Source: Octopus sinensis (Eukaryota). From it: a stretch of DNA of 64,000 bases. The notes beneath the pieces were generated by a model. That model was not told where the DNA came from and ran no database searches. It was given only the letters and a program-made list of their open reading frames with translations. How positions within the stretch are numbered: the first letter of the stretch is position 1; every line of letters starts with the position of its first letter. This document shows, piece by piece, positions 27,047-40,780 of the stretch. The stretch spans positions 55,614,001-55,678,000 of the forward strand of contig NC_043003.1 of the NCBI RefSeq assembly GCF_006345805.1, in the 5' to 3' direction. Both the position numbers and the translations under genes were made by a program.

Positions 27047-28087
27047 GTATAGTAGTAGTAGTAGTAGTAGTAGGTGGAGGAGGAGGAGGATGGGGTATAT
27101 TAGCAACAGCAGTAGTTTTCTCTTAATCTTTCTTTGGACTTGTATTACAAATTGCTCACTAGTTTTCAATAGCAAATAGAACATATAATGTGAATTAGTC
27201 TCTTGGTACGTTGACAACATGTTGATGGAAACGAATAATAGAGAATGAAACGAAATGAACGAGTGGTTTAAACATTATGTAGAAGTAAAGCTTAGACAAA
27301 ATATTAATGAGACACAGAAACGAATGGAAGTCAGCATGAGATATGAATAAGAGAATGAAGGATTAGATAAATGGAAATTGAAGATACAAAGAGCCAGTGA
27401 GTAAAAGATCGACAGAATGAAAGAATAAATAAAAATATGGAACAATAATTGAAGAAATAAAGTGAATGAAAATGACTGAATAATTCAATAAATGAGATGC
27501 TGGATACTTGAATGGCAGAAAGAACTGGATATAATCTTTTTACCATTTACGTGGTTCTGTCACAAGAATGCGTCCATGCTAGGGCACAACCTTGAAGTGC
27601 TTTGAATAAATCTATTTTATCGTCCTTATTTTAGGTCCTTATTAGGTCCTTATAGGTCCTTATTTTATCGTATTTTTTTTTTGTCGAAATGCTAGGCTAT
27701 AGAGACGTAGAAAGACCATAGAGCTTTCCAAGTGTGTTCGGAAAAAACACATACACACACACACACACACACACATATTCACACACACGCACATGCGCAT
27801 ACATATAAATACATGTGCGCGTACACACACAAACATACTGTCTCTCACACACACACGTATTTACGACGGGCTTATTTTTAGTCTATACCAAATCAGGTTC
27901 CTTATTATATCGCTTCTTTTGCGGAAACGTTAGGCTATGTGGACATAAAAAAAAACATAAAAATTGTCAAACTGTGTTTAGAGACAAACACACACACTCG
28001 CGAGCGCACAAATGTAGAAATACACGCGTACACACACATACACACACACACACATACACACACACACTGTGTCTCTCATACACACGT

Positions 28088-28250
28088 GTTACGACGGGCT
28101 TATTTCAGTCTCTCTCTGCCAGATCCACTCTCAAGATTTTGGTCGGCTCAGGGCCCTATAGTTGAACGTACTCACCCAATGTAACACAGTGAGACTCAAT
28201 CTGGAACCTTGAGGTTGGAAAGTAAAATCCTTACCCCACAATCACTCCGG
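28088..28250 (-). mobile_element. SINE family A, 5' half, diverged
   Basis: ACGACGGGCTTATTTCAG..AGATCCACTC..TTGGTCGGC..GGAACC. Confidence 0.7.
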
Positions 28251-29235
28251 CACCTATATAATGAATGATATATTGAATAATATAGGATGAAAAAAAAAGA
28301 TAATAGATTTAATGAAAAGCAGAGGTTGAATTTCTGAAATCATGGATCAAATGTTGCATGGGAATAAATTTGATGTATAAATAAAGTAAAGAAGAATGGA
28401 AGTAAATGATTAATCAAAGATCGAAAAAGTGAAATCTTGAATTGATTTATAAAGATTGAAAAGATGAACGAAGATATGTAGTGAAACAGAGATCTATAAA
28501 ATGAATGAAGAAAATAACGAAGGACTTAAAGACCTAACCAAAGAGAAAAGACGAAAATAAATTCGATGCAAGAATGAATGAATTTATGAAATATTCGAGG
28601 ATGATGTGAAGTAACAACAAGGACGGAATAATCGATTAAAAGAATGTATAAATGAATAAGGTGGGGAATAAATGAATGCATGAATGATGAAAAGATACAA
28701 GGAGGGAATGAATCAATGGACGATTGAAAATGAATAAATGAACATTCTATGTTAGTCATGTTTTCGCAGATATGTCATCATCCAGCCATTTTACAATAAG
28801 ATAGCAGGTTAGTCTAGTAGTAGTAGTTGTAGTAGTAGTAGTAGTAGTGGTAGGGGAAGGAGAAGGAAGAGAAGGGGGAGATGGTGAAGAGGCTTTGTCA
28901 CAAAACATTGGCAACATGGAGTAATAATAGGAAGAAAGTTGTGGTAGATTTGTAAAGAGACAGAAATATACATACATGCATACATATAGATATATATATA
29001 TACGTGTGTGCGCGCGCGTGTATGTATTTGCGTGTGTGTATGGGAATTTATGCACACATGAATACATCCACTCAGGCACACACAAGCACATATATATGGT
29101 TACTGATAACCCAAAAGAAATAAATATCTATACATTCATATGCATGTTAACGCAAATGTAAATATGTATATATGTACACACATACGCACGCTCACACACA
29201 CACACATATATGTCCGTTGTATTGATATGTATATT

Positions 29236-29319
<84 letters not shown>

Positions 29320-29369
29320 TATATGTCCATATGTACCTACATACTTATATGCACTTACATATATAAATA

Positions 29370-29423
<54 letters not shown>

Positions 29424-29807
29424 CACAATACATGTATAATTACATGCGTATGTATGCAAATACATCACACTCGCACAGTCACATTCACCTAATAAGACAT
29501 ACTCACGAATACACATAATCACACATCACGCACACACACATACACACAGAGAAAAAGTGATAGTCTGCCAGAGACTGAAAGCTGCAAAGAGAATAAAAGA
29601 AACTTTGTGTAAATTATATGGCGTACTTTTCTTTCCATCATTAGCATCTTTCAGCATGGCGGAAGTGAAACTGCAAGATTCATTGATAGACTTTCACGTC
29701 ACACAGCAGCCATTCTCCAACATTACAAGCAGATATTCTACACTTGCCTTAAGACTTATTGCATACACAGCGATCTGAATTTAAACAAATGCGCACCGCA
29801 ATATGCA

Positions 29808-29855
<48 letters not shown>

Positions 29856-29884
29856 ATATATTTATACATATATATATGTATGTA

Positions 29885-29921
<37 letters not shown>

Positions 29922-30559
29922 TTATGTGCATATATGTATATAAGTATACATATATCTATACACACAATCACACACATATATGTATGTATTTACATAGATA
30001 TATACTTATATTAATCTGTATGTATATGCACAATTATGCATGTATAAGTGGGAGCGCGTGCACACATACGTGTGCATGTCTGTGTGTGTGAATATACTAT
30101 ATATGTGTGGGCTTCTCTCCTTATGTGTGCTTTGTGTATATATAATATATATAAATGTGTAGAAATGTATGTAAGTGCCTGTACATATTCGTATCCGCTG
30201 ATTTATATGCACTTGTAATTGTTCAATACGATATTTTGTATGTATGTATGTGCCTATGAATGTGTGAGTGTGTGTATATATATAGATAGATATAGATAGA
30301 TATGATTCATACATGCACACAAACACACAAATATAGAAGTGCATACGGGATAAGACGACTGGAATTGCCCATTTGGACACTGGTGACTGGCATGCCTGAC
30401 TGGGAATGAAAACTATTTTGGTGATGCCCTGTTTTGGGGAAATTTGTTCAAAGTATTGACGGCAAACACGCATACTCATTCACGTACAGGAACACATATA
30501 CACACACAAATACTCGCACATACGCAAGTACGCAAATACGTGCAGAAATATAGTCATAC

Positions 30560-30591
30560 ATTAGATAGATATATAGATAGATAGATTGATG

Positions 30592-30635
<44 letters not shown>

Positions 30636-30653
30636 AATAGATAGATAGATAGG

Positions 30654-30695
<42 letters not shown>

Positions 30696-30740
30696 GATAA
30701 ATAGATAGATAGATGATAGAGATAGATAGATAGATACAGT
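30560..30740. repeat. (GATA)n microsatellite
   Basis: Visible directly. Confidence 0.95.
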
Positions 30741-32065
30741 AAGTGAGAGAGAGAGAGAGTGAACGAGAGAGAGTAAGGGATGAGTAAGATATTAAAATTC
30801 ATTTAACTGAAATCTAATGACATGAACACTTTCCTTCTCCTCATATGAATAAATTGAAATACTCTCACACACATTAACAGAAACAAGCAGAGGCAGCAGA
30901 AAGAGATAAAGAAGGTAAAACAGACAGAGATGGACAAAACGAGAGAAACATCAAAATGTATTAAAGGATCGTCATTGCTATAATCACACTGCCTCTTCAT
31001 ATACGAATAACGATAAGATCGTATATTCACTTAAACAAATAAAATTTAGAGAAACACACCGTGAAAAGTATTTATAAAATCGGAGTCATTTAACGTATCT
31101 TAATGCTTGTCAGTCTCTCTGTCCTCTATATTTTATTTTTGCGCAGAGCGCCTAAATTTAAATCCATTGTCAGTCAGTTCTGCTTTGTGACAGATGTACA
31201 GAAATCCATCGTGCGAAAATTATTCTTTTGTACGTTTCATTATTATTTCCACAACCATTATATACATGTAGAGAAACAGAAAATAAAGAGGATTTGGTAG
31301 CTGAGTAGTTTAATAGTTGTCATTACAAGTTAATAGAATAGAAACGCAAATTCCCGCTGATAACATATCCCAAGGAGAAAGTGTCAGCGACGCCAAATAG
31401 GCAGAACGGAACTGCTGCGTTAAAACGGCTCATAAGCATTTACACAAAACTGTAAGGAGACAGTAAGATTAGTTTAGAGAGTAGCTTGTGTAGTATTTCC
31501 TCCCCAGGCAATATTCGAAAATGTAACTGGAATAGCGTTACTGACTATCATCGTTGCGAAGGTGATGCCTCACTGAAGCACGTCATGCCATTACAAGTAA
31601 TTCTTTACCGTGCGTACATAGCAGCGTACAAAAACTTGACAATCCATGCCGTTTCACTAAAACTACAATGACTCAAAATGTTAATATCATGGGAATGATC
31701 CCTATATGACACGCAATTATTTTCCATAAGTCGTAGGAGAAAAGACGTCACAGAAGCCAATATAATGGAAAGCAAAGATCTAGGTTTCTACATCGTCATA
31801 ATGCACAGTTCCGAGGTATTCACGGTAGATGCTTAGTTTTCAAGCTATATATGCAAAAGACACATAGATCGTTCTTCCCTATTCCAACTAATACCTCTCC
31901 CATCTGTGCACTTAGAGACCAATACAACTTATACCACTCTCCTAATCTCCCCGTATCTCAATCTTTCTCTAAATATATACAGAAGGAAACAGCAGGCTAA
32001 GGATGTGTCGATTCTGGGTAAGTGAAGACCTGAAATTTTTATTGAGGTGGCAAAAAGTCGAAGGA

Positions 32066-32284
32066 GGACCACATACCTTCAATATCCTCCCACAAAACCT
32101 GTGATATCTGCATGGCGTGGATGTAGGCTTTTTCAAAACAAAATTAGATCTCCTTCTCTTAAGAGTTCCGGATGAACCTACCTCTAAGCAAGAAACACAG
32201 ATGAAAGCAGCAACATCAAAGTCCCTCATCCGCAAAATGTCACGTGAAAGCATAGCTGCAATCCTTTCACTGAAATTGAAACCA
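32066..32284 (+). mobile_element. CR1-type LINE 3' fragment (same group as 52391-53860)
   Basis: GPHTFNILPQNL*YLHGVDVGFFKTKLDLLLLRVPDEPTSKQETQMKAA aligns with GPHLFNILPKNLRDLHGVDADVFKMKLDLFLSGIPDEPTSRQEAQMRAA. Confidence 0.9.
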
Positions 32285-32348
32285 ATATATATATATATAA
32301 TATATATATATATATAATATATATATATATATAATATATATATATGTA

Positions 32349-32380
<32 letters not shown>

Positions 32381-32495
32381 GTGAATCCAAACAAGAAAAC
32401 ACAAAAAAAAACCCAAAACACAACGCGAGGACGTGGAACAAATAAAGTATTACTGAACGCTCAGGAAAGAAGGGAAGACAGAGGAAAAAATCGCC
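32381..32495 (-). mobile_element. Penelope-like terminal fragment, sister of 21547-21754, lacking the ribozyme
   Basis: rc GGCGATTTTTTCCTCTGTCTTCCCTT|CTTTCCTGAGCG..ACTTTATTTGTTCCACGTCCTCGCGTTG..CTTGTTTGGATT. Confidence 0.85.
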
Positions 32496-32514
32496 CATAT
32501 ATACATATATGTTA

Positions 32515-33583
32515 CAATGAAAAATGCCAGTGTATGTATGTTAATATTCTTAAGTTATTACAACTGGAAAAGTACGGAACATGATTTCTACTGTAGAATT
32601 TGCCTAATTTGTCACCTTTCAAAGGAACTAAAAAGAACTTCAAATTAATGTACGTAAAATATTGGAGCCGAGAAAAAACATTTTAAAGCTTTACTATATT
32701 ATATTGAAACAAAAAATGACTGTTTTTTTTTCTTCCCGAAAATGCGCCCAAGAATATATTTAATCCTGCATGAGTTTCTTTTCATGCATAGCCCCTGTAA
32801 TTTTCATTATTTTTCAGAAAAAATAATTATTTAAGCAAAATTATTTCAGTCCGTATTTAAGCCCACGGGTTTATTTTTGGAAAAAAATAATATTTTAAAA
32901 ATGAAATGAATTAAAATCAATTTTTAAAATACAGTAGAATTCGCCTAATTATTCGTCCCTAGGAGAAATCTGAAAGTGACGAATTAGGTGAAATAACGAA
33001 TTGCCCAAAGACGAATAAGGCTAATTCTTTTACCCTTGATTTATTTGCCAGATGAAATATTTTTTTAATGTGGAAGAATTGAGTGAGCATATGGTGGATT
33101 TGAAACCATTTTATGATCATTCTACTGCAACCAATGTCTCTCTTGTTTGCAATAGGATTTCAATTCATGTCAGAAAAAAATCATATGCAATATTTTATTG
33201 TTTCTATTTTATACAACTTAATAAAATGCCTATTTTAATTCTGTATTTAAAAAGATATGATTTGAAAAAAAAATATTTAAATTTATTTTTAATTACTTTT
33301 GTACCATACTCTTTGACGATGTATTTGTTTTTTTTAGATTCTCATACTAAATAAAATAAAATAAAATAAAATCTCAAAATTTACCTAATGTAATGTATTT
33401 TGATTTTACAATAATATTCTTGGTTGCAATATGTTTAGTACAGTAGAAGTATAATTTTGAGTACTTTTGTTTTCTTTTAGAGGCGAAGAATTAAGCAAAT
33501 TCTACTATAGAAATCTTGTTCTATACATTTCCAGGTGTAATAACTTAAGAATATTAACATTCATGCGCCCGTAGCTTTCATTG
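32515..33583. mobile_element. Old ~1.07-kb non-autonomous DNA transposon with long TIRs
   Basis: CAATGAAA..ATGTTAATATTCTTAAGTTATTACA.CTGGAAA.GTA..GAACA.GATTTCTA..GTAGAATTTGC.TAATT occurs at the left end and as rc at the right end (>=125 bp, decaying further in). Internal repeat of GTAGAATT.GCCTAATT. Confidence 0.8.
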
Positions 33584-34052
33584 TTATCCACCTTTTCCCA
33601 CGCAGTGCAATAAACTAATAAATATTCTTTTGTTAAGAAATATTTGAATGAAATGAAACTTGAATATATATATATATATTTCCTTTAAAATTAATAATGT
33701 TTTACGATAATGAGAAATGTAATTATAATTGTGAAATATATTAGATCCTATATCTTCATTATATGTAACATTTTGATATTGAAACAAAGTGCATAATACG
33801 AACACACCAAAAAAGAAAGTGCGAAAATTCATTATGAAAAATAGCTTTCAACATAAATGTGAATATTAATATAATACAATTTTTATCATATATCAATAAA
33901 TAAATAAGCTATATCTATATATAATTAGAAGAAGTAGCAAGAAGAGGTATGAGAAAATATCAACTATATAGTAAGATGAGAATATGAGCACATGAATAGT
34001 AAAGCCATGGCTAAATTGAAATTTTTTAAACTGCCAAAATATCCAATGCGTA

Positions 34053-34189
34053 GGAGTGGCTGTGTGGTAAGAAGTCCCACAACGCGGCACATTAGGCAAG
34101 TGTCTTCTACTATAGTCTCGGGCCGACCAAAGCCTTGTGGGTGTATTTGGTAGACGGAAACTCAAAGAATCGGTTCGTATATATGTATG

Positions 34190-34220
<31 letters not shown>

Positions 34221-34447
34221 TAGCTTTGGAAATGATGTACCGGTATTATATATTAGAAGAAATAAGGTACTCAGAAATCTGGATGGTTTATATTTACAGA
34301 TATTTATTAATATGTCACATGTTTTTATAAATAAAATATATATAAAAAACATGACATATTAATAAATATTTGTAAAATATAAAACCATCCAGATTACTGA
34401 GTACCTTATTTCTTCTAATATATAATACCGGTACATCATCTCCAAAC

Positions 34448-34512
<65 letters not shown>

Positions 34513-34710
34513 TTGTCCCCCCCAACTTCGATTGACAACCGATGCTGGTGTGTTTACGTCCACGTAACTTAGCGGTTAGGCAAAAGTCACCGATAGAATA
34601 AGTATTAGGCTTGCAAAGAATAAGTCCTGGGGTCGATTTGCTCGACTAAAGCCGGTGCTCCAGCATGGCCACAGTCAAATGACTGAAGCAAGTAAAAGAG
34701 CAAAAGAGTA
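34053..34710 (+). mobile_element. SINE family A interrupted by a palindromic insertion
   Basis: Head GGAGTGGCTGTGTGGTAAG at 34053; tail CAGCATGGCCACAGTCAAATGACTGAAGCAAGTAAAAGAG. Confidence 0.9.
34220..34451. repeat. Near-perfect palindrome (~110-bp arms) inside the SINE (TA)n
   Basis: TTAG.TTTGGA.ATGATGTACCGGTATTATATATTAGAAGAAATAAGGTACTCAG..ATCTGGATGGTTT mirrored on the right. Confidence 0.92.
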
Positions 34711-37700
34711 ATGCATCCACCGAAAGGTAAGAGGAGACCCCTGCCCTTTTTAAGGCAAAGTTAGTTTGTTAGTCAAAATTCATGGAAAATAAAAATAAAG
34801 CCTTGAATTCATTTTCTGATCTTGACCTGCCTGAAAAATGAAAAAAAAATCCTGCTGCTCTGAAAAGTTAGCAACTCTTGATAGATCTAATAAGGAATAC
34901 AATAGTATAAATGTCCTTAGAAGAATAAGGAAATAATCGGCAACGCAAGCAGACATCAAGAATATCAGGAGGAAATTATAATTGGTTTTCTATTATTAAT
35001 TAGTTGATCACAATAAAGCGCTATTAATTTACCAAGGGATCTTCTTCTTAGAGGACTTCAAATTCCGATGACTTCGATCTTTTATGAAACTAAGTATGTG
35101 TCAGCTATACTAATTTGTCTGATTATATCTTATACATTTGTATAATTTGATGGCTGATGTAAAGGTTTTATATGAAAAAAGAAGGCGAATAAAATATTTT
35201 GAGAAAAAATTAAACAAACCTGTGTCTAAAAATTATAGGCTAATAATTGTATTTGAAGAATAGATGAAAATCGAAATGCGTTAGATCTAAAGAAAATAAT
35301 ATGACTGAAAAAAGACACATAAAGTCAATGTTTATTTAAAATTAAAATATAATTTTATTTGAAGTAGAAGCAATTTTAGAAGAAGAAAAACTTAAACGCT
35401 TAAAATTGATTTTTTTTTTTTTAGAGAAAAGTAAAAAATTAACTAACAATGGCAGAATCAGCAAATAATTTTAGACGAGAAGTGTACAATAAAATTGGAA
35501 ATTTAGCATGGATTTTAGTGTTAGCAAATTAATAGATAATGAAAGATGGGAAAATGAAAGTAAAGAAAGAAGAAAAATAACGGTAACGTTTTCACTGTCA
35601 AAAAACTTTAAAAGCAATGAAATTTTGACAAAGAAGCTAACATCATATTAGAAATTCTGATTTTAACAATTAAAACATTAATGAAAACGCATTATCTTCT
35701 ATAGTGTAGAGCTCATACTACAAAGCAGTTGGTTTAAGGAAATATCGATTAATTAGTAATTGTTGAAAGTTAGTTAATAAATATAATGTCTGTAATTAGA
35801 AAATTAGAAGCTGGATAGGTAAGCTTAACGTGGTACACTATTAATTAGCAGTTACATGCGTAATGGGTGAATACATTTATTCCAAAGAGTATAGACCTTT
35901 TATGTTTGTTTTACCTTTTATGTAATGAATGGTTACATAATATTTCAAATCTATACCAGTTGGACTGATGGACGAGAGTCATGCCTGAAATTTCGTAGTT
36001 TAAATTGTTGTGTGATAGAGCAAGGGAAGAAAGTTTCTTCGCTAAAGTTCAAAATATTCGATGTGTGTTATAATGTTTGAATTCTCAGCTATACAATGGT
36101 GGCATTTTCTTTCTCTTCCGTTATTTGCTGACGTTAGCGACGATGTTGAAGAATATTTGGAGGTTGTCCACTCTACTATTTTAAGGTTATTTTCCACATT
36201 AGGCAAAATATGGTATTTTTTAAAATTATTATCTCCAAACGAAGCCTAGTACTGCAGGTATTCTTCCTTGATGTTATTTCCACTTATAACAATATAGGTT
36301 CTTACAGTTTTATATAACATGTCATTGATCTTAATCTTGTAATTTAACTATTATTCAAGAGAGGTATTATGCAAAGGACAGCAACTGGGGACTCTAGATA
36401 GTCGTTTCTAATGCTATTATTTTTATTGTCCTTAAATATTCCGTAACCTATTGAAGATCTTATATTGTGAGAATGTGGCTTTGAAGTCACATTTATGCTG
36501 CTTGGAGGATTATACGGTAAAAGGTTTCTCTGTGTACATGTATGATTGTTTCGACGTAGATTACAGTGTTCTTAAAATGAGGTGCTTCTAAGAATCCGTT
36601 GTAATATGGAAACTGAATTTTTGAGAGTTGCTTTGCAAGATGAAATGTTGGAAACACACCTACGTATACAATAAAATGTTTTGCTCATTTTTGTCATAAT
36701 ACACATGATGAGACTACTCTTAATACGTTCTGTACCGGAGCGTCGTTCCTGTGAACCACAATTCTGGAGTCATTTATTGCATTGTTAAATGTATGGGTGT
36801 CGTGGGAGCCAACTAGCAACTTGACTATTATGTTATTTGCGGATAACGTCCCTAAATTATTTACTCCCTAACTATTGTTTCTTTGATACGCCAGGTAATG
36901 CACAACTTGCCAGATGTATTTTGCAAATATTACTTTGTTACATTGAGAATGTTCAATAAAATGAAGTATACGCTTGACTGATGAGGTGAGAATAAGACCG
37001 AAATTAACTCCTTTGTACAAAGTCAGCTGGAAATGTATAAGAAATATTTGTCTTAGATTGGCTAATATTGTGTAATTTTTACCAGTTTTTACATTCATTA
37101 TGTCGCATATATTGACACTAACAGACAAATTATAATAAAGTTGATATATATCGTACAAAATAAAACAGAAATCAGCATTCTAAATAGGTAATAAAAGTGT
37201 AGTTATTTTTCTTCATTGATCTGTATCAAATTCTGCGCAACTCTTTAGAAGTAAATATGTACTATTAAGAAATAGTGTATGACAATGAACTTTTAACCTT
37301 ATAAATATCCAGTGATATATAATACGCTAAGGCGATCAATTGAATAAAGTAAAATAGAAATTGCGTGTAGCTAACCAGTTACGAATATTCCCGTACAAGT
37401 TGACATGCGAAAACAATAGATATTATGCTTCCTCCGTTTAGTTTATGCACTATTGCAAGACAAATATAATAAATTATAAAAGAATGGCCGCAATGTACAA
37501 CGTTCTTAACTGTAATATATTAATAAGCTGGGTTAACGTACGCAAGAAAATCTCATAAAGATATATTTGACGCCTCTGTACTTCAACATAAAGAACAATG
37601 CTTAGAAATACGGCTTCGAATTCAGGAGATTTCAGTGGTGCCTATCTATATAATGTAATACATTGTTATATAATACAATATGATATAATAAAGTATATAA

Positions 37701-37843
37701 TATTAGAGTATATACCCGAGAGTGAATGTATGTATCTGCACATACACATTCATACGTACTTACAAATAAACACACAGACACATACACGCACATGTACAAA
37801 CACAAATATATATATATGCATATATATATATATATATATATAG

Positions 37844-37877
<34 letters not shown>

Positions 37878-38049
37878 ATAATATATATATATATAATATA
37901 TATATATATATATGCATATGCATATATATATATATATTATATATATATATACATATATTTATAAATAAATATAGATACGTCTGTACGTATGCGTATATAT
38001 ATGTGTGTTTATGTATATGTATTTATATATAGGTATATGTATATATATA

Positions 38050-38085
<36 letters not shown>

Positions 38086-38152
38086 TATATATTTTTATAC
38101 ATTCACACACAACACACCCACACCCACAAACATATATATATATATATATATA

Positions 38153-38249
<97 letters not shown>

Positions 38250-38835
38250 TATATATATGCATATATACATATACTATATATATATATACATTGAGAGAGA
38301 GACAGACGTATACATATACACACAGACACATGTGTATGTACGTATATATGCATGTATATTATCTACTAACAATATATTGTAATGAAGCACCTGAAAGGCA
38401 GTTTCAAATATTGAAATGAAACAAAACACATGCTCATGCCGATAAATACACACGCACATTTTATGTGTGTGAGTGTGTGTTTGCGCACGACTGTGTGTAT
38501 GTACATGTGTATCTGTTTGTCTGCGTGTGTCTGTGTCAGTGTGTACGTATATATATGAATACGTAAGTATATGTACCGCTCTACTCGTACTCGAACATCA
38601 CAAAGTATATAAGCATAGAAGTATAAACACTAACTGCATATTAGAATACTGAGTACGCGACATAGACACAAACACGCGCGCATTGAGGCAAAGGTGCACG
38701 CAAATACAACAATATATATGCGGACACATATATACGTATAGAAACACACACGCACACATACACATATATATACATATACACGGATGAAAGAAGCGAATGT
38801 ATACAAAAACAAGTATATATATATATACATATATA

Positions 38836-38992
38836 TACTTTCTCTCACTCTTACTTCCTGTTTCTGTTGTACCTATATTTTAAAGGGCCGGCCTTGTCAC
38901 TCTCTGTGTCACGCTGAATATCCCCGAGAACTACGTTAAGGGTACACGTGTCTGTGGAGTGCTCAGCCACTTACACGTTAATTTCACGAGCA
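38836..38992 (+). mobile_element. Interspersed repeat, probably the 3' body of SINE family C
   Basis: GC-richer block AAAGGGCCGGCCTTGTCACTCTCTGTGTCACGCTGAAT..GTGCTCAGCCACTT. Starts with TTTCTCTC, like the end of the 18884 copy; the link is inferred. Confidence 0.5.
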
Positions 38993-39240
38993 AATATATA
39001 TATATGTAAATATATATATATATTTATATACATATGTGTGTGCTTTGTGTGTGTGTGTGTCGGCGAGTTTCTTGCATTGACACTTATCCCATAACAACTT
39101 GATAATTGCCAACACACGAAACTCTATAGTCTTGAGTCACTCTCTTACTTCTGCTCAATATTAATACAAAAATGCATATACTCATATTCTGTCCTATTTT
39201 CCTTGTTCGTATTAACAGACCTACATATATGTGTATGTGT

Positions 39241-39291
<51 letters not shown>

Positions 39292-40094
39292 AGAGTGTAT
39301 ATATATATATATATATATATTTAAGTAGTTGAATGAATTATCCTATATGAATGAATGATCATATATATATATATATATGCAAACATACATACATACATAC
39401 ATACATACATACATACATACATACATACATACATACATACATACATACATGCACTCACACACACAGACGCCTGCATGTATGTAATTATTCAGTTTATTTC
39501 AATATTTCTTGCCAATAAACTAGATCCAATTTTCCTTGATTGGAATTTCAACATCAACAGGGTATTTTTGTTTGTATGTATGTATATGCAGATTTGTATG
39601 TTTTATGTACGTACTGTCATGCATATAGTTGCATATCTAGACATGCTCATATATATTTAGATGACAATCTTCTGGACAGTTTTCGAATTAGCTTTCTCCA
39701 TTCTGGTTTTGAAACCCCTAATTTCTCAAGATTGGTATTTAGACAGTACGTATGTATGTATGTATATTTGTATGTATCTATGTTTGTATATGTGTATGTA
39801 TCTATGTATGTATGTATGGATGGATGGATGGAGTAAGGGAGGGATGCATATGCTTTTATTCTTTTATCCATCAATACGTTTCAACCATTAATACGTTTCA
39901 GGCAGAGGCTATGCTGAAGCACCGTCTGTCTAACCAACACTTCGAGTTTTATATGAATTGGTTGTGGCCTATAAGGCAGTTCGACACTGCTACTTTTTCT
40001 TGAGTTTCCTACCATGATGTAGGCTCACGTGTGACATTGGACAACAGAAAGTCAAGTTGTTCCTTGAAAACATATACTCTTACCCATGAACCCC

Positions 40095-40560
40095 CCCCCC
40101 GTGTTTTTGTAAGGTGTTACATGCCTGTAGGTCCTTGAATCCAAGCTGTTGCAGTACATAATCCCCATCCTACACGGGATAGATGGGATCTTTGGAGAAG
40201 TATAGTTACCTATAGTTCAGGGATTCCTACACACCCGATACCAAATGTTGGTGCAGCCCTTCACAATCTTCCGTGCATATATCACTGCATGCCACTGCTG
40301 TCTTCACTCCAGGGAGTAGGATCGTACTCGTTTAATTCCCGACGACGAATGTCCTCCATAGGACCATCATAGTTTCTTGGGCTCTTGTGAAGATTCTCAG
40401 AATCCATCCGGCCATTCGCTTACATATTGCCACCATCGTGGTATGCATGTGAAACAAGGCATCGTTGTTCATATCAATCCCGAGACCACGCATCGTATGC
40501 AATCCCACTGTGGGATCGCTGCTCCTTTTGGTTCAAAATATCACTTTTCGTCTTGAGTGC
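40095..40560 (-). pseudogene. Decayed CR1-type LINE fragment
   Basis: DNA GAATCCATCCGGCCA shared with the 53070 region. Remnant motifs RMAGWILRIF..QETMMVLWRTFV and YCNSL..GP follow the young copy. Confidence 0.75.
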
Positions 40561-40780
40561 ATCATTCAGCGTGGGGTTTGGAATTTTTCTGCATTAAATT
40601 GCATGTATATATATTATATATCGCCAGATACCGTGTTAGTTCTCAGTTATGCCCCAGGTTACGGCTAACTGCATCGATTAGTATTTAACATCTATGAATA
40701 CTATAAGTTGTCAGTCACTCGATATATCCCTCCAATGTTTAGTTTCTTGTTCTCTTTATTGGATGGTAGTATTATCTGGA

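Noticed and set aside
36978-37003. CTGATGA-GGT..ACC-GAAA hammerhead-like core
   Set aside because: Canonical boxes and a 3-bp stem II are present, but no compatible stem III, NUH and stem I could be built; likely chance
39097-39145. CGAAACTCTATAGTC with upstream CTTGATAA
   Set aside because: The 3' half looks hammerhead-like (GUC site), but the CUGANGA box and stem II are absent
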